From Myxococcota bacterium (lineage in GTDB: Bacteria > Myxococcota_A > UBA9160 > SZUA-336): DNA of 64,000 nt. A program made the position numbers and the translations under genes. The stretch covers positions 1,152,001-1,216,000 of the forward strand of contig CBDFGR010000003.1 in the NCBI GenBank assembly GCA_965247115.1. Direction: 5' to 3'. The notes under the pieces were generated by a model, which saw only the letters and a program-made list of their open reading frames with translations, was not told where the DNA came from and ran no database searches. Of this stretch, positions 1 to 10,975 are shown in pieces (position 1 is the first letter of the stretch; every line of letters starts with the position of its first letter).

Positions 1-1217
1 AGTCCCTCCCGTCGGCCGTTGCCCCACTCCGCTCCGAGCACGACGACATCCAGGGTGTGGGCCGGCTTGATCTTGAACCAGTGAGCCCCTCGGCCGCCGG
101 CCGTGTACGTCGATTCCGGGTCCTTCGCGACGACCCCTTCGTGGCCCCGATCGAGAACGTCCTGGAGAAACGCGGAAGCCTCCTCAGGGTCTCCCGTGAG
201 GAGGCGGCGCACGCGATTGGGGGGCTTCGTGATCCGATCCAGCGCCGCCAGGCGGATGTCGATGGGGCGGTCGATGAGCGAGACACCGTCGGCCATCAGG
301 CAGTCGAAGAAGACCGGCGTGACGGTGGGGTACTCGCCCGGCTCGACCACCGGGGCGGCGGACTTCCGGCCGAAGCGGTCCATCGCCGCGCCGAAACCCA
401 GCGGCGCCCCGCCCGCAGCGAACCGCATGATCTCGCCATCCAAGATGATCCGGTCCACGGGCAGAGCTCGTGCGTACGCCACGATCTCCGGAAGCGACGG
501 TGTCATCCAGCGCAACGATCGGCTGTACAACTCCACCCGATCGCCCTGGCGGTGGAGCTGGAGGCGCATGCCGTCCAGCTTCTCTTCAAAGATGAGGGCG
601 GCCTTCTTCGTGAGCGCGTCGCCGGGGGTGTCGGCGGTCTGGGCGAGCATCGGGAGGACCGCTCGGAAGAGTTTCAGATCGATTTGCCGAAGCGCTGCCT
701 CCCCGCCGTTGAAGGCCGCTACGGCGACCGCCGGAAGCTCTCCCGATAGCATCGCGGCGCGGCGGACGACGTCGCCCGCAACGCCGGCCCCGGTCGCGAT
801 CCCTTCGATGATGACGCCGCCCAGCGCGCCCTGCCGCAGCTCCCCCGCGAGCAGCCCCACGAGGAACCGCTGCTCCGCTTCAGTCGCCTCCCTGAGGAGA
901 TCGTGCAGCAGCCGCTCCCGAACCCCCAGCGACCCCGACCCCGTGGCCTCCTGCACCGCACTGAGGGCGCGGTCCACGTCCTCGACCGTAAGGCCCGGCA
1001 GTTCGGATGCTGCGACGCCCTTGCCGTACAGATGCGCGCGTCCCTTGCTGATGCCGATGCGGCCCTGGAGCAGATCGCCGGACATCCACGCGACGATGGT
1101 GCGGAGTTCGTGGGCTGTGCGCCCCTGCAGGAGGCGTGCGATCGCCCCGATCTTGGTGGTCCGCGACCGGGTCGCCTTGAGCTGTTCGGAGACCTCGACG
1201 ATCTGGTTCAGGAGCAC
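1..1217 (-). CDS. lig: ATP-dependent DNA ligase (partial, runs off the window start)
   Basis: Not in the ORF track. Manual minus-strand translation from GTG at 1217 gives [22 protein letters not shown], motif [17 protein letters not shown] (KxDG, ~550-590), then [40 protein letters not shown]. Starts just after the gpsA stop. Confidence 0.92.
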   Translation of the reverse strand, partial: [405 protein letters not shown]

Positions 1218-1220
1218 GGG

Positions 1221-2216
1221 TCAGTCCAGAGCGACGATCTGGCGCACGCAATCCTCTGGGCCCAGGTCTCCCTCGAGCAGGCCGTTCAGGAGGTCGACGA
1301 AGGGCGCGGCGAGGCCCTCCGCCCGCGCGCGCTCGGCGAACATGTGGGTCGCGCGGACGCCCTCGCTCACCATGTGCATCTCTTCGCGGGCCTCCTCCAG
1401 GGACTTGCCCCGGCCGAGCTTCTCGCCCATCGTGCGGTTCCGCCCGTGTGGAGAGGTGGCCGTGACGAACAGGTCTCCGATCCCGGCCGGGCTGAGCGCG
1501 GTCTCCGGTTGCGCGCCGAGGTGGGGCAGGAGCCCGCAGCCCTCGCGGTAGCCCGCGTTGAAGGCGGCCGCCTTCAGGTTGTCGCCTCCCAGCCCGAGCT
1601 CCTTGAGCCCGTCGACGACGCCGCAGGCGAGCGCGATCACGTTCTTGAACGCGCCCCAGAGCTCGGCACCGTGCGGGTCGTGGGCAGCGTGCAGGCGCAG
1701 CGTCGGAGCAGAGAGCGTCTCCACCAGCTGCTCGGCGATGCCCGGCTCCCGACTCGCCACGAGTGCCGTGCTAAGCACGCCCCGAGCGACCTCGGCCGCG
1801 ATCGTCGGACCCGTCAGCACCGCAAGGGAGTTCTGGCCGCCTACTGCCTTCAGCCTGACCTCGATGGCCTCCGAGACCAGCTGGTCGCCAGGGGCGAGCC
1901 CCTTGGCGACGTCCACCAGGATGTGACGCGGGTCAAAGCGGGGCGCCAGGTCGTCCACCACGCCCAGGATGACGCCCGAGGGAACAGCGAGGATGAGGAT
2001 GTCGGAGTCCTCGAGGACCTCGTCCGCCTGCATCGATACACGCATTCCGGAGAGGTCGACCCCCGCCAGGTATTTCTCGTTCACCTGTCGCTCTGAGATG
2101 GACTCGTAGACCTCGTCCTCGATCGTCCAACCGCTCACGGTGCGGCCGTCCATCAGCCAGACCTTCGCGAGCGCCGTTCCCCAGTTCCCGAGCCCCAAAA
2201 CCCCAATACGCGCCAT
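1221..2216 (-). CDS. gpsA: NAD(P)H-dependent glycerol-3-phosphate dehydrogenase
   Basis: GLGNWGTALA Rossmann motif, GPTIAAEV, GAFKNVIALACG, GIGDLFVTATSPHGRNR, SEGV. Confidence 0.95.
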   Translation of the reverse strand: MARIGVLGLGNWGTALAKVWLMDGRTVSGWTIEDEVYESISERQVNEKYLAGVDLSGMRVSMQADEVLEDSDILILAVPSGVILGVVDDLAPRFDPRHILVDVAKGLAPGDQLVSEAIEVRLKAVGGQNSLAVLTGPTIAAEVARGVLSTALVASREPGIAEQLVETLSAPTLRLHAAHDPHGAELWGAFKNVIALACGVVDGLKELGLGGDNLKAAAFNAGYREGCGLLPHLGAQPETALSPAGIGDLFVTATSPHGRNRTMGEKLGRGKSLEEAREEMHMVSEGVRATHMFAERARAEGLAAPFVDLLNGLLEGDLGPEDCVRQIVALD

Positions 2217-2307
2217 GGAACCTACTTAGCACGTCTCACTGCCCGACGGGGCCGTCCTATAGACGGCGGTCAGCGATCGGTGCTATGACCGATTTGGAGA
2301 GAGGTCC

Positions 2308-4170
2308 ATGTCGATCCACGTAGATCCCGTTACTGGTTTGAAGACCTTTGACACTCGAGCCTCCAAGGCGAGCGAGAAGATCGCTGGCAAGGGGTACTCG
2401 GTAGTCAGCGACGCGTCGCTCACGACGCTCCCACCATCTCCCCCCGGTTCGGTATTCAACGCGGAAGAACAGGCGAAGTACCGCGAGTTCAAGGAAGCGA
2501 GACGGGGAGCTGCTGACTACATCGCGATGGAAGGCGATTTCAGTAGATACCTCGAGGATGTGTACTCAGCAGATCCTGTGCCCAGAGATGCGCTGACCGA
2601 CGAGTGCGAGATCCTTGTGGTCGGAGCGGGTTTTGCGGGCCTCTTGCTCTGGCACAAGCTTCGCAACGAAGGTTTCGAGGATGTGCGCTTTTGCGAGAAA
2701 GGAGGGGATGTCGGAGGAACCTGGTACTGGAATCGATATCCTGGGATCGCCTGCGACGTTGAGTCCTACAGCTATCTCCCGTTGCTTGAGGAGATGGACT
2801 ACATGCCGACGATGAAGTTCGCGTCGGGATTCGAGATCATGGAATACTGCCAACGCATGGCGGAGAAGTTCGGCTTTTACGAGCACTGCCTCTTTCATAC
2901 GACGGTCGAAAAGACAGAGTGGGATGAGACCGCGGGACGATGGACCGTCATGACCGATCGTGGCGACAGAATGCGTGCACACTTCGTGATACTTGCGAAC
3001 GGCATCCTGACAACTCCGAAACTGGCCAGAATCGAGGGGATGGAAACGTTCGGTGGCGACTCGTTCCACACATCTCGGTGGGACTACAGCATCGATTTGA
3101 CAGGCAAGCGGGTGGGCATCATCGGTACAGGCGCAACCGCCGTCCAAGTCATTCCGGAGATCGCCAAGGTCGTAGAGGAGCTCTCCGTCTTTCAGCGCAC
3201 TCCCTCCTCCATCGACGTACGCGATCAGCGCGAGACGACAGAGGAAGAGATCAAGACCTGGTCCCGGGAGCCTGGCTGGGCAAAGGCCAGACGAGCGAGA
3301 TTCTCGAAGATCTCACAGGGCCGCACCGCCATCAAAGCGAACGACGACTATCTGGCCGGCAAGGTCCCAGACTTCAAGAAGCGCAAACAGCACGCGAGAG
3401 CAATCTCGCCTGAGGAGCTGATTCAGAAGCAGTTGAACAGCAATTTTCGCATCATGGAGCAGATTCGTTCCAGGGTCGATGCCATAGTCGAGGACCCGGC
3501 AACTGCCGCAGCGCTGAAGCCGTACTATCCCTACGGCTGCAAACGGCCAACCTTTCACGACGAGTACCTGCCGACCTTCAACCTGCCCCACGTGACGCTC
3601 GTCGATACCGCGCCTCGCGGCGTAAGCCAGATCAACGAGCGAGGGGTCGTGCACGATGGGACGGAATATCCGCTGGACGTCCTGATCTACGCAACCGGGT
3701 TTCTGTGGATGGCAACATCGACGTTCAACATGATCATTGGACGTGACGGCCAATCCCTACAGCAGAAGTGGCAAACGGAAGGCACCAAGACGTTTCTTGG
3801 GCTTCACAGCAATGGCTTTCCGAATCTGTTTATCGTGTCAGGCCCCCAGGGAGGTGGCGGAAGCTTCAACTTCACGGATGCGATCGAGAGGCATGGCGAC
3901 TACATCGTGTGGATGCTCAAGACGATGCGAGACCTGGGTGCTGACATCGTCGATGTCAAGAAGGAGCCCGAGAACGAGTACGCGGAGCACTGCCGGATCG
4001 TGGACATGAACACTCGACCTCTACGGGATTGCCTTTCCTACTACAACGGACATGGAGAGGCCGAGCCCGGAAGCCTGGCTTACTACGGCGGAGGTCGCTG
4101 GCACAAGTACCGCGTCAAGGCTCAAGAGACACGTGATCCCTACATGTTTGAGAGTCGGCCAACCCGATGA
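2308..4170 (+). CDS. Baeyer-Villiger-type flavin monooxygenase
   Basis: GAGFAG, GGTWYWNRYPG, BVMO fingerprint FGGDSFHTSRW, GTGATA, ATGF. Confidence 0.93.
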   Translation: MSIHVDPVTGLKTFDTRASKASEKIAGKGYSVVSDASLTTLPPSPPGSVFNAEEQAKYREFKEARRGAADYIAMEGDFSRYLEDVYSADPVPRDALTDECEILVVGAGFAGLLLWHKLRNEGFEDVRFCEKGGDVGGTWYWNRYPGIACDVESYSYLPLLEEMDYMPTMKFASGFEIMEYCQRMAEKFGFYEHCLFHTTVEKTEWDETAGRWTVMTDRGDRMRAHFVILANGILTTPKLARIEGMETFGGDSFHTSRWDYSIDLTGKRVGIIGTGATAVQVIPEIAKVVEELSVFQRTPSSIDVRDQRETTEEEIKTWSREPGWAKARRARFSKISQGRTAIKANDDYLAGKVPDFKKRKQHARAISPEELIQKQLNSNFRIMEQIRSRVDAIVEDPATAAALKPYYPYGCKRPTFHDEYLPTFNLPHVTLVDTAPRGVSQINERGVVHDGTEYPLDVLIYATGFLWMATSTFNMIIGRDGQSLQQKWQTEGTKTFLGLHSNGFPNLFIVSGPQGGGGSFNFTDAIERHGDYIVWMLKTMRDLGADIVDVKKEPENEYAEHCRIVDMNTRPLRDCLSYYNGHGEAEPGSLAYYGGGRWHKYRVKAQETRDPYMFESRPTR

Positions 4171-5111
4171 GCTTCAAGATGATTCTCCTCCGGACCGGCG
4201 CCGTCCAGGACTGGTCGCGAGACGTCGAGGAGGCTGTGCCTGGCGCCTCGGTACGGGTCTTCCAGACACCGGCGGAGGCCATGGGAGCGATCGAAGATGC
4301 GGATTGCGTTTATGGGTCACTGCCACCGGAGCTCCTCGCGCGTGCGAAGAAGCTACGCTGGATCGCGGCGCCCCTAGCCGGTCTCGGCGGCAGCTGGTTC
4401 TACGACGAGCTCGTGAAGAGCGACGTCGTGGTGACCAACATGGCCGGCAGCTATAACGAGCACCTCTCCGCCCACGCAGTCGCCTTCCTCCTCGCGTTCT
4501 CCCGTGGCTTCGACTACTACCTTCCGCTCAAGAGGTGGGAGCAGGGTCCGGCACCGACCGACCTGACGCAGCAGACGGTGCTGATCGTCGGGGTCGGTGG
4601 CTCTGGTCGCGAAGCTTCGAAGCAGTGCGCCGCGTTTGGACTGCGGGTGCTCGGCTGTGAACCGCGCCCCTCCGACCTGCCCGAGGGCATGGCCGAGCTG
4701 TTCACGCCCGACAGCCTCGCCGGTCGGATCGGCGAGGCCGACTACGTCCTCGTGACCGTGCCGGAATCGCCTGACACGTTGGGTATGTTCAATGCCGCTC
4801 TCTTCGCCCAGATGAAGCGCGGCAGCTACTTCATCACGATCAGCCGTGGCCGGGTCGCAGTCACAGCCGATCTGATCGAGGCCCCGCGCTCCGGGCACCT
4901 CGCCGGCGCGGGCCTCGACGTGGTCGATCCAGAGCCCCTGCCGTCGGACAGCCCCCTCTGGAGCATGACCAACGTGCTGATTACACCCCACGTCGCGATC
5001 GCGGGCGCCCCCTACCTCGACAGGTGGCGGGCGATCCTTCTGAACAACTGCCGTCGCTTCGCAAAGGGCGACCCCCTGCTCAACGTCGTGGACAAGGAGA
5101 AGTGGTTCTGA
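4167..5111 (+). CDS. D-2-hydroxyacid dehydrogenase family protein
   Basis: GVGGSG, SRG, AGAGLDVVDPEPLP, ITPHVA motifs; ATGA overlap with the upstream stop. Confidence 0.9.
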   Translation: MSFKMILLRTGAVQDWSRDVEEAVPGASVRVFQTPAEAMGAIEDADCVYGSLPPELLARAKKLRWIAAPLAGLGGSWFYDELVKSDVVVTNMAGSYNEHLSAHAVAFLLAFSRGFDYYLPLKRWEQGPAPTDLTQQTVLIVGVGGSGREASKQCAAFGLRVLGCEPRPSDLPEGMAELFTPDSLAGRIGEADYVLVTVPESPDTLGMFNAALFAQMKRGSYFITISRGRVAVTADLIEAPRSGHLAGAGLDVVDPEPLPSDSPLWSMTNVLITPHVAIAGAPYLDRWRAILLNNCRRFAKGDPLLNVVDKEKWF

Positions 5112-5560
5112 GCATCTGAGCGCTCCCAGCGGTCGGATTCGCTTCTCAGCACGCCCGTACAGCGTGCTAGGACGCCCCATCTCCACTCCCTGAGCAATGC
5201 GAACGCGCAAGTTCGCGCTGCCGGTGGCCGGGTCCCCGTCACCGCTCTCGGCGATTGCAACCCTCTGCGTCCAGCAACGCTGCCCTCCGAGACGCCCGTC
5301 AAGAGGACCGCGGTGCAGACCGATACCGAAGTGCGCCAGAAGTGGGCGCACGCGCCGCGACTGGGGACACCTCCGACCGGAATGAGCCAGCGATGACCAT
5401 CACCGCCTATTTCGCAAGAGGGCCAAATGCGTACGTGCTGCACATCTGAGACGAGAGAGCCAGCATTGATCAGATCCTTCGCGCGATAGCCGACAAGTAT
5501 CAACTGTCGACACGATCGTGATGTTGGACTGGTTCGCGACCATGGCGAAAGACATGACGC

Positions 5561-7525
5561 ATGAATGTTGAGCAACCCAATTCGGATGAATCGCAAACCA
5601 CCGAAGCGCTCGTTCCCATGGTGGATTTGTTCGCCGTGCTTGCGCTTGTATTCATGATCTATTCCAGCGACGAGATCGCCATAGCCAAACTGGAGACTGA
5701 GAACCAGATACAAGAGATAGTCGCAACTGCAGAGCGGGAGATTGTAGCCAGAGTTGAACAGGACAGTGTAGAGACAATCAACACGCTTGTAGCCAGAGCC
5801 GCACAGGACAGCGAAGCGAAGATACGCGAGCTCGAACTGAAGATCGAAGAGGATGCCAGAGCTCGGGCGACGTACGCGGATATGTCGTTAGAAGCACTCC
5901 TAAAACAACGTGAGGCAAAGACACAGGAACTAGCACGGGAAATTGCTGAGCTATTGACCCTTGAAGACAGTCAAGCCGCAATTGAATATGAAGGCCTTGT
6001 ATCTGGCATCGCGTCCAAGCACGACGAAGCACTGGAACAGCAAGAGGCTGCGCTGCAGCAAGCACAAGAGCAGGAACTGGCAGAGCAGGAGGTTATTCTG
6101 GAGGCAAACAAGCAGGAGGCGCTGGAAGCTCAAGAGCTACAGCATGCACAGGTGGTTGCAATTGCCATAACGGAACTGACCCAAGACAAAGCACGAGCTC
6201 TGTCAGAGGAGACGCAGAAGACCCACGAAGCACTAGCCAACCAGGCATCGGAGTTGGAGGAAGACAAGCAACACGCGCTGGTGATGGCTCAGCTAGAACA
6301 CGAGGAGGACCTTGCATCGACGGTAGACGTACTCACCGAGGATAAGCTCGAGGCGATGGCAGCAGCCGAACAGGAGACACTCGCGGCGCTAAGAGTACAG
6401 CAAGAGAGTTTGGAGAAGCAACGAGAAGAAGAGCTAGCCCGGGCAATAGAGGACATTTCCTCCGCGGAGAAGCAGCTTGAAGTAGTGCAACAGGCGCTTG
6501 GCAGTGCCGATCAAGATCGAGAGCAAGCCTTGTCCGCTCTGAGCACCGCAAAGGACAAGTTTGCCGAAACGCTTGCAGCCCAGGAAGCAGAAGCGGCGAG
6601 AGAGACGCAGACGGCATTAGCGCAAGCAGCACAAGTACATGATGCCGACCTGGCAGCACAGGCATCGGCGATGGAAGCTCACGCAGCATCACAGCTAGCT
6701 CAGGCAGCGGCTACATTTGTTGAGACACTGGAAGCTGCAGAATCCGGCTTGGAGGCAGAGAAGGCCCAAGCATTGGCAATGGCTCAGCAAGCACACGAAG
6801 CCGAGCTGGCCCGACAGAACTCTGCTCTTGAGCGAGAGAAGGCTCGGGAGCTAGGCGCGGCAGAAGGAGAATTCGCTGCGGCACTGGCAGCTACAGAGGA
6901 ACAGCTGGAGCGGGAAAAGGAATTGACGGCCGACGTAAGGAAACAGCTCGCCGAAGCCAGGCAGAGGATTGTCGAACAGCTAGCTCACAACTTCAGAGAC
7001 GTGTTTGACGATTCAGCCGTGGAGATTGACGAAAAGACAGGACGAGTAAAACTCAACTTTCAAGAGTCATATTTTGTGCGGGGATCCTTTGAACTATCAG
7101 AAGACATGAAAGAGTTCCTGAGAGTAGTGATTCCCAGATACGCAAGAAGCATCTACGACAATCCGGAGGCAGCGAAGTATATCGAGTCTCTCAAGATCTC
7201 TGGGATGACATCGCCCGTCTATCGGGGGAGATATGTTGATGTCAGCGATACATCGCCTGCGACAGCAAGAGCACGCCAGTTCAATATGTCACTGAGTGAG
7301 AAACGCGCGCTCGTCATGTACAACTTCATCTTTGATGAGAATGAGATGGGTGACTACGAGTATCGCGAGCGGATGAAAGCAGACATGTCCACTTCGGCGG
7401 TGGGCTACAAGAATGCGAAACCGGTTCCAGCTGAATTGGTGGGCAACATTGCAACATGCGAAGAGTACGACTGCAGGCAGGAGCAGGCAACGATCTTGCA
7501 GTTTAGTGTGTATTCGGAAGAGTAA
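5561..7525 (+). CDS. MotB/ZorB-like membrane protein with a long Ala/Glu/Gln-rich coiled coil and a C-terminal OmpA-like domain
   Basis: Single N-terminal TM with the MotB-type Asp (PMVDLFAVLALVFMIYS), roughly 400 aa of heptad-like helix, C-terminal FVRGSFELS...IPRY...LKISGMTS...NMSLSEKRA. Confidence 0.75.
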   Translation: MNVEQPNSDESQTTEALVPMVDLFAVLALVFMIYSSDEIAIAKLETENQIQEIVATAEREIVARVEQDSVETINTLVARAAQDSEAKIRELELKIEEDARARATYADMSLEALLKQREAKTQELAREIAELLTLEDSQAAIEYEGLVSGIASKHDEALEQQEAALQQAQEQELAEQEVILEANKQEALEAQELQHAQVVAIAITELTQDKARALSEETQKTHEALANQASELEEDKQHALVMAQLEHEEDLASTVDVLTEDKLEAMAAAEQETLAALRVQQESLEKQREEELARAIEDISSAEKQLEVVQQALGSADQDREQALSALSTAKDKFAETLAAQEAEAARETQTALAQAAQVHDADLAAQASAMEAHAASQLAQAAATFVETLEAAESGLEAEKAQALAMAQQAHEAELARQNSALEREKARELGAAEGEFAAALAATEEQLEREKELTADVRKQLAEARQRIVEQLAHNFRDVFDDSAVEIDEKTGRVKLNFQESYFVRGSFELSEDMKEFLRVVIPRYARSIYDNPEAAKYIESLKISGMTSPVYRGRYVDVSDTSPATARARQFNMSLSEKRALVMYNFIFDENEMGDYEYRERMKADMSTSAVGYKNAKPVPAELVGNIATCEEYDCRQEQATILQFSVYSEE

Positions 7526-7551
7526 GCCGCTTATTGGGTTAGAGGGTCAAC

Positions 7552-8601
7552 ATGTTCAAGTACATAGTCGTGGTACTGCTGGTGCTGGTATCATATTTCG
7601 CGTTCCTTTATGACGCTGCGCTGACTAACGAGTCGATCGGAAATCTGTTCATAGCGGGCATAATGGCTTGCTTTCTTCTATTTTCGGTCTTCAAGTTCGG
7701 TCTGCACTACAAGATATCCGCGATAGATAGGTTTGCAGTGGCGTTCTATTACTCTGTGTTTGAGTACAGGAAGGCTCAGAAAGAACCTACCCACCTGAGT
7801 TACGTAGACAGCGTAAGGGAACAGGCGGAGGTCGCCCTCGCCGCCAGCTTTGATCCTTCAATGACGACTTCCTCTCCCGGGGCGGGTTCGTCGCCCTCCG
7901 GCAGGAGATGGACGCGGCCCCTCAAGATTCCTGTCACACTCTATTCGAGGAAAGTCAAGGATCCCTTCCTGGACAAGTTGCGGGCCAGGATTCACGAAGC
8001 GAAGGGAATCAAGCTCCAAGCGCGGCAACTCGAAGGCAAGGCGAACGTACTCTTGGGAAAAGCCGAAGATATGATGGGCATCGTTGAAAAGGAGAGAGCC
8101 TCTGGCTCACTACTGGATCGAAGGTTCGAGATAGAAGACGGTATGGCGCATATCGTAGACTTGACCGTCGATGAACTCATGGAACAAAGTTACGACCAGA
8201 CGCCGGACTATGACATCATCACCCGCATCGCACTTGATAACAATCCATACTTTACAAGTACCTATAGATATTTCTCCTCGGAGAACGTGGTCGCCATCCT
8301 GTCTCGGGCGCCGTTCATGGTAATTCTGCTCGGGATCATCGGTACCTTTGCGGGCTTCTATCTGGCACTGGGTCAGGGGGGAGATATCAAATCGGGAGCT
8401 TCCGTGGCGATTGTCAGTTCGCTGGTTGGTCTTCCGGTTTCGTTGCTTATGGATTACATGAACACGCTGTTTCCAGATAGAGGTCGCTACCAGCAGGCGT
8501 TCAATAAGTACAAGGTAAGTCTGGAAATGTTGTTCAACCACGAAAAAGAGCTCAATGCTGTCCCGGCAGTCGGGGGAGGTTCCCGATTGGTCCGAGACTG
8601 A
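7552..8601 (+). CDS. MotA/TolQ/ExbB (ZorA-like) proton-channel family protein
   Basis: Two N-terminal TMs, a soluble middle region, then the channel hairpin APFMVILLGIIGTFAGFYLAL...VAIVSSLVGLPVSLL. Confidence 0.72.
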   Translation: MFKYIVVVLLVLVSYFAFLYDAALTNESIGNLFIAGIMACFLLFSVFKFGLHYKISAIDRFAVAFYYSVFEYRKAQKEPTHLSYVDSVREQAEVALAASFDPSMTTSSPGAGSSPSGRRWTRPLKIPVTLYSRKVKDPFLDKLRARIHEAKGIKLQARQLEGKANVLLGKAEDMMGIVEKERASGSLLDRRFEIEDGMAHIVDLTVDELMEQSYDQTPDYDIITRIALDNNPYFTSTYRYFSSENVVAILSRAPFMVILLGIIGTFAGFYLALGQGGDIKSGASVAIVSSLVGLPVSLLMDYMNTLFPDRGRYQQAFNKYKVSLEMLFNHEKELNAVPAVGGGSRLVRD

Positions 8602-8889
8602 AACTCTATTCTCCACTCCGACCCATCGCCCTAGAAGCTCCCGAGTAGCCTCGCCACTCTTCCCTAGCCAACGGCCACAGTGGATTCGGCGGCCGGCATC
8701 GCTTCCGTAGCCAGATCCTCCCGCCGTACATGCGCTGATCGCCGAAGGTCGCGGAGCAGCCGCAGCCGGATAGGTTGCTGATGCTGTGGTAGCTTTTGAC
8801 GTTGAAGCGCCGTCCCCATCAGCTGCCTTCGCGGGGCAGCTGAACGCACGATCCGTGAGGCGGCACGAAGCGAATCCGGAGGAGCTCCG

Positions 8890-9300
8890 ATGAGCCGCAG
8901 TTTCCCTACGATCATGCTCGCATCGTTGGTGCTCGTCCTCGCGCTTGTAGCGCTTGTGGCGAGTGAGCAACTAAAGAGCAACGCCGACAGTTTCTCGGAG
9001 CTTCATCGGGCCAAAGTAGCCGACGCAACCAACGCCGAAGTCGTGATGGGGCTCATCGAAAGGGCGGGCGAATCGACGACCCCGAAGCACTACCACCCAG
9101 GGGGAGAGTTCGGCTTCGTTCTCGATGGCGTCGTATCGGTCGAAACGGAACGAAAACCGAGGACGACGCTGAGGGCGGGCGAGACCTTCTATCAGCCTCC
9201 CGGAGAATGGCACGTCATCAGCACGGGCGTTTCCGGAGCCAAGACAGTCGTCTTCCGAGTTCTTCAGAAGGGGCAACCCATGGTGGTAACAATCAACTAG
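8890..9300 (+). CDS. Exported cupin-domain protein
   Basis: Signal peptide; KHYHPGGE and GEWH cupin motifs; GGAG RBS. Confidence 0.85.
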   Translation: MSRSFPTIMLASLVLVLALVALVASEQLKSNADSFSELHRAKVADATNAEVVMGLIERAGESTTPKHYHPGGEFGFVLDGVVSVETERKPRTTLRAGETFYQPPGEWHVISTGVSGAKTVVFRVLQKGQPMVVTIN

Positions 9301-9308
9301 GCATAACT

Positions 9309-10975
9309 GTGCCGACAATCCGAAACACTCTCGCTCATCGCCGACTTCTGCGCATCGGACGCTGGAGGACGATCTCGCTCGTTGCGGTCCCCTCGCGTTG
9401 GCATCCTCGGGGTCGCGCGCTGGCGAGGTCGTGCTCGGGAAGATCGACTTCCCGACCTCCGGGGCACCGGTAGCGCAGGAGGCGTTCGTCCGGGGCGTTC
9501 TCTGCCTGCACAGCTTCGAATACGACCCCGCCTCAGTTGCATTCCGAGAGGCGCAGGCCCTCGATCCGGACTTCGCCATGGCCTACTGGGGTGAGGCGAT
9601 GACCCACCATCACTCCCTGTGGCGCGTACAGCATCGCGAGGCCGCGATCGATGTCCTGAACCGACTAGGCAGGAACGCGGCCGAGCGCGGCGCCAGGGCG
9701 CCCACTCAGCGAGAGAAGGACTACATCGGCGCCGTGGAGATCCTGTTCGGGATGACCGACGGAACGGCGGATCTCCACAAGCTCGAGCGGGACGTCCGCT
9801 ATCGCGACGCGATGAAGGAGCTCCACCTCGCGTCTCCAGACGACCTCGAAGCGAGGGCCTTCTACGGACTCTCCATCCTGGGCGTCGGCAGCGCCAATCG
9901 CGACTACGCCACCTACATGAAGGCCGCAGCCGTCCTGACGCCGGTGTGGGACGCGAACCGCTCGCATCCGGGCGCTGCCCACTATCTGATCCACTCCTAC
10001 GATGATCCAGTTCACGCGATCCTGGGGCTGCCGATGGCACGAGCGTACGGAAAGATCGCCGTCAACGCGGCTCACGCGCAGCACATGACCTCTCACATCT
10101 ACGTCGCGCTCGGTCTCTGGGACGACATGACGGCTGCCAATATGACAGCGCTGCTAGTCGAGTCCGCAAAGACGGACGGCGAAGCCTCTCGAAGCCGGGA
10201 GGCGTGGCATCAGCGCTACTGGCTCCACTACGGACGCCTGCAGCAGGGGCGTCTGGATGATGCGCGGGAGATTCTCGAGGGCGCGCGCGAGCTCATCCGC
10301 GGCGAACACCTGCCGCACGAGCCGGACTACTACGGCGCGATGTACGCGCGCTATCTCATCGATACGGAATCGTGGGCCGAGTCGGAGACGTGGCTTGCAC
10401 CTGCGACCGTCGAGATACGAGTTCCGCACTACTACTTTGCGCGCGCACTCGCAGCGGCGAAGAGCGGTGAGATTGAGAAGGCGCGGGATCTGATGGAGGA
10501 GATGCGTCCCGGCGGCGCGGCCAATCCGGAGATTGTCCTGGCACAGAAAGAGGTCGACATCCTGAAGCTAGAGGTCCAGAGCGTCATCGCTGTGGCGGAG
10601 GGGCGCGAACAGGAAGCCGTCGATCTCGCGCGCCGCGCGGCGGAGCTTCAGGCACGCATGCCCTTCCGGTATGTGCCACCGAGAATCTCGAAGCCGACCG
10701 CAGAGCTGTTGGGTGACGTCCTCGCCGAAACTGGCGCTGACGAGCAGGCGGTGCTCGCCTATAAGGATCAGCTCACCCGAAGCGTGCGCCGCACCAATTC
10801 CCTTCTTGGATTGGCGCGTGCCAGCACCCGGATCGCTGAAAAAGCGACCGCGCAGGAGGCCTATGACGAACTTGCGGCCATCTGGCACGGTGCCGACCCG
10901 GGGATGGCTGTGCCCGGGGAGATCAGCCGCAGGGTGAAGCCACAACCGGATCGGCCAGGACGGAATCCCAACTAG
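9309..10975 (+). CDS. Exported TPR-repeat protein, probable 1-nt frameshift near 9390 in the signal-peptide region
   Basis: LGKIDFPTSG...LHSFEY...DPDFAMAYWGEAM, HPGAAHYLIHSYD, AHAQHMTSHIY. The GTG 9309 frame supplies the start of a signal peptide that continues in the 9398 frame. Confidence 0.75.

Noticed and set aside
57..2096. Long plus-strand ORFs 57-749, 103-1551 and 903-2096
   Set aside because: Antisense shadows of the ligase and gpsA, which carry clear motifs on the minus strand
5561..8601. Calling this a canonical Zorya system or flagellar motAB
   Set aside because: Order is reversed, the A subunit has no long tail, and no zorC/D/E or flagellar genes are adjacent
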